Virus record (IMG/VR): IMGVR_UViG_3300034160_000027
Location: 5,099-69,098 of that record
From: a virus
Length of the DNA stretch: 64,000 nt
Strand: one strand, 5' to 3'
Shown here: piece after piece, positions 62,331-64,000 of the stretch
Position numbering within the stretch: the first letter of the stretch is position 1
Layout of the letters: each line of letters starts with the position of its first letter
Notes under the pieces: generated by a model
Told to the model about the DNA's origin: nothing
The model's database searches: none
Seen by the model: only the letters and a program-made list of their open reading frames with translations
Position numbers and translations under genes: made by a program

Positions 62331-62864
62331 CCATGTCTGATTTATTCGCCGCTTTCCATCGTCCGGGGGATTCTTTCGTCTACCCAGGAAAGCCTTTGTA
62401 CCGCCGGGTACCGAGTATCCGGCCACTCGGTTCGGGGGAGTACACGGCTACAGTTTCCCGCGGGATCGGTGTTGAGCATTCGCGGCATACTGTGCGACTC
62501 GCGCATTTGCGGGTAAAGGTCGGTGCGGAGTAGTACGCGAAGCGATTGCAACGGATGGGTATTACCCCTTAGATGGGCGGCTCGGGCATTGGCGCGCGTG
62601 GGCTGAGGCGAAAGACCACATGGACAGGATAAATAAATTTTATGGACGGAAATACGTTGTAGGTTTTTCGCTTCGGCGCTGCGGTCGAGAAGACCCGCTT
62701 AGGTCTTTCCGCGAGTATGCGCGGGACTTTCCTGAGTGACCATTGGACGTTTACAACGTACCATTCGTCGGATGCCGTCTTTGCATCCGACGAACGGTCA
62801 TACTTTTTCCAGGAAATCACTTATATTTGCGTTACACCCGCGCAACAACCTATCGGAGCCTGAA

Positions 62865-63864
62865 ATGTTCGAATGTACCCGCAAAGTCTACTGTGTAGTC
62901 CGCGTCACTCCTGGAAGTGTTGATACACATTTCGCGGTTTACGAAACGGTAGCCGAAGCGGAAGCCGCGCACGCTGGTTGGTACGATAACGGGCGTTGCT
63001 CAATCGCTTCCGTCATGGCTCCGTGCTCTGATGATGGCGACTTTGAATTTTGCGAGTTTGACCGTGATGCAATTACCCGCGACTTGCGCGCGATGTTCGG
63101 TTTTGACCTTTCGGCGGAAGAGTTGAAATCGCTCAATGGCTCGCCTGATACGGTTACGTTTGATTGGAACTTTGAGGTTGTGGCGGCCGATCAAGTGGTC
63201 ATCACGGTTGAGACTAACGCTATGTTGACGGCAGATGACCTAGATGGCCGCGATAGTATCACCGAATATGCGCAAGATTCTGGCCTGTCTGCGGCTCGCA
63301 AGTTGGTGAAAAAATGGGCCAAAAAGCAAGGCCGTGAATTTGTTAACGTGGCGCAAGATACTTACGGTTATCGTTGCGCCGTGTTGGCCGCAAACCGCGG
63401 CGAAGCCTGCTAACCCCGGGAGATTGAAATGCTTGATCAGTACACTGAGCCTGCTTGTACGCACGGCAAAACCGCCAAGGCTACATGCGGAAACTGCGGG
63501 AATTCGTGGTGCGATGATTGCGACCCTACACCATCGGCCTTGTGTCATTGGTGCAACGGGCGCGGGTATTCAACCGCGCCTATCGGCCGCGTCAAGGCGT
63601 TGAGGGTCGAATTGTGGGATACCGAGCCTGCGACGCGCACACAGAAACACACCGGAGAATGAAAAAATGATTATCACTAATGACACAACATCGTGGCAAG
63701 TAGCTGAATTGATGGGGCCGGACGCCGATGAACGGGATGGCGCTATCATGGTGGGGTTATTGTTGGGTATGTATGAGCCCGATACGGATGCAATTTCCGA
63801 AAGTACCTGGATTGAATTGTCGGACAGGGCCGCGCAAATTCGGCGCGATGAGAGCGGCGGGTAA
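62865..63864 (+). CDS. Early small-gene cluster 2 (62865..63413, 63429..63662, 63667..63864)
   Basis: GGAG RBSs, co-oriented, acidic or Cys-rich proteins. Confidence 0.6.
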
Positions 63865-64000
63865 CCGCTACCCGTGAGCCCGAGCCCGCTGGTCAGGGCC
63901 ACCGCTCCCCTTGAGCCTGGCCTCCGAGCCGGCCGGCCGCCGCTCCCCTTGAGCCCGGGCCAGCCGGGCACCGCTCCCCCTGATGCCATGCCCGGGCCAT
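63865..64000. repeat. GC-rich imperfect repeats (CCGCTCCCC[T/C]TGA)
   Basis: About 4 copies at the window end; truncated by the edge. Confidence 0.65.

Overview
This window is an internal 64-kb segment of a tailed dsDNA bacteriophage genome (siphovirus-like), probably infecting a proteobacterium. No integrase, capsid, terminase or tRNA genes are visible. Layout: (1) 1-8835 (+): end of the tail operon, with a gpJ-like tail tip, paired paralogous minor tail genes and a 52-aa stand-alone NrdD-type glycyl-radical domain missing from the ORF track. (2) 8832-48744 (mostly -): replication and nucleotide metabolism, including an SNF2 helicase, dCMP deaminase, VRR-NUC nuclease, thymidylate synthase with an in-frame HNH insertion, MazG-like protein, family A DNA polymerase, a two-frame C5 methyltransferase, DUF2815 SSB, a split DUF2800 nuclease, a Dda-like helicase and a J-domain pseudokinase/vWA/divergent PurA/DUF6378 cluster. 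(3) 48895-52250 (+): RHH regulator, primase-helicase and a likely origin. (4) 52400-56600: HNH genes and a repeat-rich junction. (5) 56600-63864 (+): small early-type genes. The strongest findings are: a genome-wide promoter network built on ACCGTTCGTC boxes (the AlgR/LytTR binding site) with fixed geometry; the J-pseudokinase/vWA/PurA-like module with altered substrate loops; a splice-less homing endonuclease inside ThyA; a cassette array punctuated by repeated copies of the helicase 3' end; and the autonomous glycyl-radical peptide. All functional calls come from motif recognition by eye; no database searches were run.
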